A stretch of 64,000 nt of DNA from the NCBI GenBank assembly GCA_000002435.2, contig CM018791.1, one strand, 5' to 3'. This document shows, one piece after another, positions 40,301 through 44,800 of the stretch (the stretch's first letter is position 1; every line of letters starts with the position of its first letter). The stretch is from Giardia intestinalis. Taxonomy: Eukaryota. The position numbers and the translations under genes were made by a program. The notes under the pieces are model-generated. The model saw only the letters and a program-made list of their open reading frames with translations. It did no database searches and was not told the DNA's origin.

Positions 40301-41709
40301 GGGTCAGCAGAGCCATCTGCACACTCCTCTGTTGGAAGGGTAGCAGCTTGCTGTAGCGCATCGTTGCTTGGTGCGTGAATGGGGACAGGAGTTGCTGAGC
40401 TGAGATCCTGTTTAGCCGATTTAGTTGTTTTTCTGAGGGATGCACTGGATGCAGAGCCTGCTCGGCTTTTAATCACCCAATCTGACATAGACCGTGTAAT
40501 TTTCTTAATCCCTTGGGACAGCTTTTCGTCCGGTCCTTCCAAGGCGTCCTGTCCTCGTGATCCGCTATGATCTGCAGTACCTGAAATGCTGCTAGAGTAC
40601 CCCATTTCGCTAGCACTGCGTATCTTGCCAGTAAACTTATATTTCTTGTTTAAGCCTCTAGTGTAGCTACTAAGCGCTGTGCTGGGCCGGACCGCGTCCA
40701 GCGCCATCTTACTGTTCTGCTCATACAGCTTGCAGCCCTGTAGCTGCCCAGGATCGACCACAAACTCTGATTTTCTTCCTGTGCGCTTAAACTCCTCTAT
40801 ACGTCGCTGTAGTGCTAGCTCTGGAGGATTGTCTCCTGATGGACCACTTTGGGCACCTGTGAAGGTCAGTCTATCACCGTATGACGAGTCTGCAGTGCCC
40901 CCGGTGCGTTCACGCCGGATCCTGGAGGTAAGCTGAGTGGTACTAGTCGGCCTTCGAAGGACCCCTGAGCTAAGAGGTGTAACTCTCAACGTATCTTCTA
41001 ATATCTCACTTTCATCAACGTGACCTGCATTGGTTCCGAGTAATGCAGAAGCAATACTGTCACGACTGACACGTCCATAAATGTCAACTGTGCAAAGTGG
41101 AGAAGACTCTAATGCTTTCTGAGCATCTTGGCGTCGATAGCGCTCTGGAGAAAGCTGGTACTGGGATAAAAACTGCTGCGTGGGCTCAGAGCCAACGTCA
41201 TGAAGGCGAAGAGACTGGCCTGTTGCTGAGGCACCGGGTGGTTGGTTTGTTTCTTGTGCAGCTTTAGTGTACAGCCTTTTAGATGAAACCAAACGGCCTA
41301 CCGGGCCCAGCAAAGCCTGAGGGCCGTTACCTGCCGAGCTATCTCGCTCCTTTCTCTTTGTAATAGCAGTGTCGTAGCAGCGTTCTAAGGGAAGAAGTAG
41401 AGAGCCAGTGGAGACTTGATTGAGACGCTCCCCGAAGACAAGTGGGGGCACGGCTGTGGATCCGACTGGTTTGAGAGGCGGCTGCGCACCCATAGGTGGA
41501 GGTGACGAGTAAAGCTTGGCAGCGGGGTTGGGCGGTGTCTGGGCCGAGCTGGGACGTTGGGCCCGGGACCCTATAATAGCAGTGTTAGGAGTTGTGTTTG
41601 ACGAGATGTGTTGTGTTCGTAAGCTAGTGGTTGGTCTTCCAGTATGTGAAAGAGCTGATTGTGGCCGTGTGGTTCTAGCAGCTCCAGTGACATCATATGT
41701 GTCAACCAT
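19360..41709 (-). CDS. Giant (7449 aa) divergent dynein heavy chain family protein
   Basis: Uninterrupted 22.3-kb ORF. AAA1: [35 protein letters not shown]...[10 protein letters not shown]...[49 protein letters not shown] (P-loop encoded at 31885..31917 on the - strand) matches dynein GPAGTGKTET...FNCS..LDY...DEFNR...ITMNPGY.GR.ELP.NLK.LFRP..M..PD. AAA2: [14 protein letters not shown]...[15 protein letters not shown]...DGIFS...[35 protein letters not shown]...STLSRCGI matches dynein AAA2 (VLDGP.D..WIEN.N.VLDDNK.L.L..GE.I......ATVSRCGM). About 3270 aa precede AAA1 and about 4150 follow it. Confidence 0.93.
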   Translation of the reverse strand: [7449 protein letters not shown]

Positions 41710-41890
41710 ATAATCTTATTAAAATGTGAATTATCTTTTTCTTATTGTACTTTTTTCACATTTTGCCATCCTCCCTCCAATGATGTTTGTCGTCTTCTCC
41801 AGCCATATATCTACTTTTTCCAAGATGGGTCAACTCATGATTATTACCAACATATAGTATAATCTAAATCATTTTGCACCGAAAATAGTT
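41710..41890. promoter_or_regulatory. 181-bp AT-rich bidirectional promoter/initiator region shared by the 7449-aa dynein-like gene (-) and the 2730-aa orphan gene (+)
   Basis: Only non-coding DNA between two divergent ATGs; runs such as cttattaaaatgtgaattatctttttcttattgtactttttt and ...ccgaaaatagttATG fit Giardia's short AT-rich promoters. Confidence 0.6.
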
Positions 41891-44800
41891 ATGCCCCCGA
41901 TCGTCGTTCCACTAGCGATGACATCCTCACAGGGGGACCAACAGGTGTTCTCCCTGAGGACACTACACCGTGTCGCAGAGCATGGCAGCTTTCTAACTTA
42001 TGATTTCAGTGATGACGCTGATTCTGTCATTGCAGGCTTGGAGGCTTCTTGTCCCGACTCTTTTGCCAATCAGACCATACCTACGCTCAGTTCTGACCAA
42101 TGTGACATGTTAAACGATTACTTAGACTTATGTAACACTATCCATGCACAAAGCTCTGTTTTCCACGAGGTTCATAGCGCCTCTGATGACCTCCAATCAA
42201 ACATTGATTATGCTATGTTTCTACTAACAAAGGGTACGGAGACAGCTCCAATCTTACGGACTATTCTACCGAAGCTCCAAGACACCGTGGGGAATTCTGC
42301 CGGCAACTGCTCTGATGTGGAGCCGGCAGAGATCAATGTAAGCTATGATCAGATGCCTCTGTCGGTTCGGAACTATCTTTTTTCACCCTATCTATTTGTC
42401 CACACATCTAAAGTTGCCTTCAAAGTGACTGATAAGAAAATGTCTACATGGTTTGTCACCACAGGCCCGCCCCAACTGGTGCAGGCCACGCTGACTAGTA
42501 TTGTCAGACCAGATGGAGTTACCATCACAAACACAGATGAGCAGTACTTGACATTATTCTCTTCACTCACCGACCTAGATACCGTTATTTACGCCAGCAT
42601 AGATAGCATGTATTCAGAACTTATAGTAGATCTTCCCATGTGTCCCGATTACTTCCTTGTCGCTTACCTACAGCCTATATTTATTCCACACGATAGCGTG
42701 ATAACCGGTGACTCATCTGGAGCTAGCATTACCCCCGTGAACCTTATGGAGACAGGAATCACCTTTCAGCTGAGAAACAACTGGGTTGATATAAATAATT
42801 TCTTAGCTCCTGGCCTCAGCACATGTGCTTTCCCGACAGTCTTGTCAGACGAGGACGCAGCGACACTTGAGTGGGTTGTTACCAAAATGAATCAGATCAA
42901 ATGGAGTTCGACCATATCACAGACACCTAAAACGAAGACTACCTCCGCAACCGTTACAGAAATTTATGAAGAGTATGTGTCTTTAATGAAAGCTGAAAGA
43001 AACGAGGCCTACGCTGCTGAGATGTCTAGACTAGTTATGTCCTACATAGATGGCGTTATAGACTTCAATCCCTTGTTATTTGGTCTCGTTTGCCTTTCCT
43101 TTATCAGCTCGAAACTCATCTATGTGCTTCTAAAGTACATCAATCTAGTTTTTGACCCCCCACTGGGCCTGCTCAGGAGTCTTGGACTTCCGGAGGCGTT
43201 CCCAGTCTTACACAATCTGACTTCAGTAACAGATTGTATCTATGGAATAGACTACGTTTATAGTAATATTATCGACGATAAGGAGCGGCTAGAACAGACT
43301 ACGCGGCCATTAAGTGTCTTAAAGAACAATCGCCCCGGCCACTCCCTTCAGTATAACAAGCATTACAGGACTTATTACAGTTCATTTTTTCTCCCCACAT
43401 ATCAAAACTTCACCAGGACCCAGTCGCTGAGTGTACCTCTATACAACATCTTTGCTCGAGACGTTGTCTCCACGAAGCAGCGCCGCTTTATCCCACTTAA
43501 TGAGCTTTCTCTTATGGAAGGGAAGGCGCCTCATGATATCATATATGTGGATGGAACTAGACCCATTAAGTTTATTAAGGATGGCAACGGAATCCAGCTT
43601 GTTGAGATTAGCATCCGAGACAGGACAGATACAAATATCCCCATTCGAGTGCCACATGACCTTTATCAGAACGTCGTCAATATGGTTGATCGTAGTGCGT
43701 CTACGGAGCAGTGCCGTGCCGAGCTCCAGCGCATAATAGAGGGCCAGTTCAAGCTATCGAAGCAGCTCAACGGGGAAAGAAATTACAACTCCACAAGAGC
43801 TATTACATACCAGAAACGCCAGAAGGCCGCGAAGCAGTCTGCTACAGATGAAGAGGGTCACTCTGACAATTCCCTCAACTCCACCACCTCGCCTACTTGC
43901 TTGACGGCGTCGCTGGACCATGGCAAGATTTCGTCTACTAAAAAAGTCACGCAAGATAGCAGCTTCATTCCTATACTTTGCGAGCCACGAGACACGGCTG
44001 TGCTGCTATCTGGGGCCACCGATATCAGCACAACTATGGTGGGGCCTATCTGCCATGCATGCTTCAATGCCCAGGCAGCGTCTTCTAACATATTGGGCGT
44101 TATTCAAACAATGATTGACGAGAGCATCTTTACCTATCAGGATGTATTGGGGGCAACACCTCCATCCCTGGTACACTTTGATGGCCGGAAGGACACTACC
44201 AACAATCCTGCCCAGACTGAAGTTATATGTGATGACTCCACTGATCCCACTTCTCTGGTCACCAAAACCACTGACGATAAGCTTGAGCTTGTGGTGGACG
44301 ATCAGAAGCTGTATTCATATCGTGATATCGCGATCGTTCGAGCCTCCTGCAACCCGTCAGTCACCGTTACAGACTTGGATTCTTATCGAGACATCTGCAT
44401 TCAGTTTAGCCTCATGATCGAGCGCTCTCGCCTCTGTGTTTACTTTCCTAGCTTTACGTACCATGACTATATAAGCCTCGGACTATACAACAACAAACTT
44501 CACTATCTTCATACCAATTCAGGATTTCACTTAGGATTTCTCCGGTTTCTTTTTGACTCTGCATTTACAACAGAGATAGATAGGTTTTCAGGCAATTCTT
44601 TGGGCACCTCAACCACTCAATCCTCCTCGCACGCCTTTTGTGTAACCGATGATCTTATAAGATTGGTTCAAGCAAGTGACTGTGAGAACTACGCACCTGT
44701 ACTCATTGATTTATTCAATAAGTTTGTCCTTCTAAATACTTATTTTATTTCTCGAAACATATCGTTTATTAATCCAGTCTTCAGTATATTGGATGCTACT

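Noticed and set aside
19562-41713. Many 60 to 230-aa ORFs on the + strand inside the 7449-aa gene (e.g. 24440..25141+, 25190..25660+, 29883..30401-)
   Set aside because: Antisense or alternative-frame ORFs expected by chance within a 22-kb gene. None has a start context or motif.
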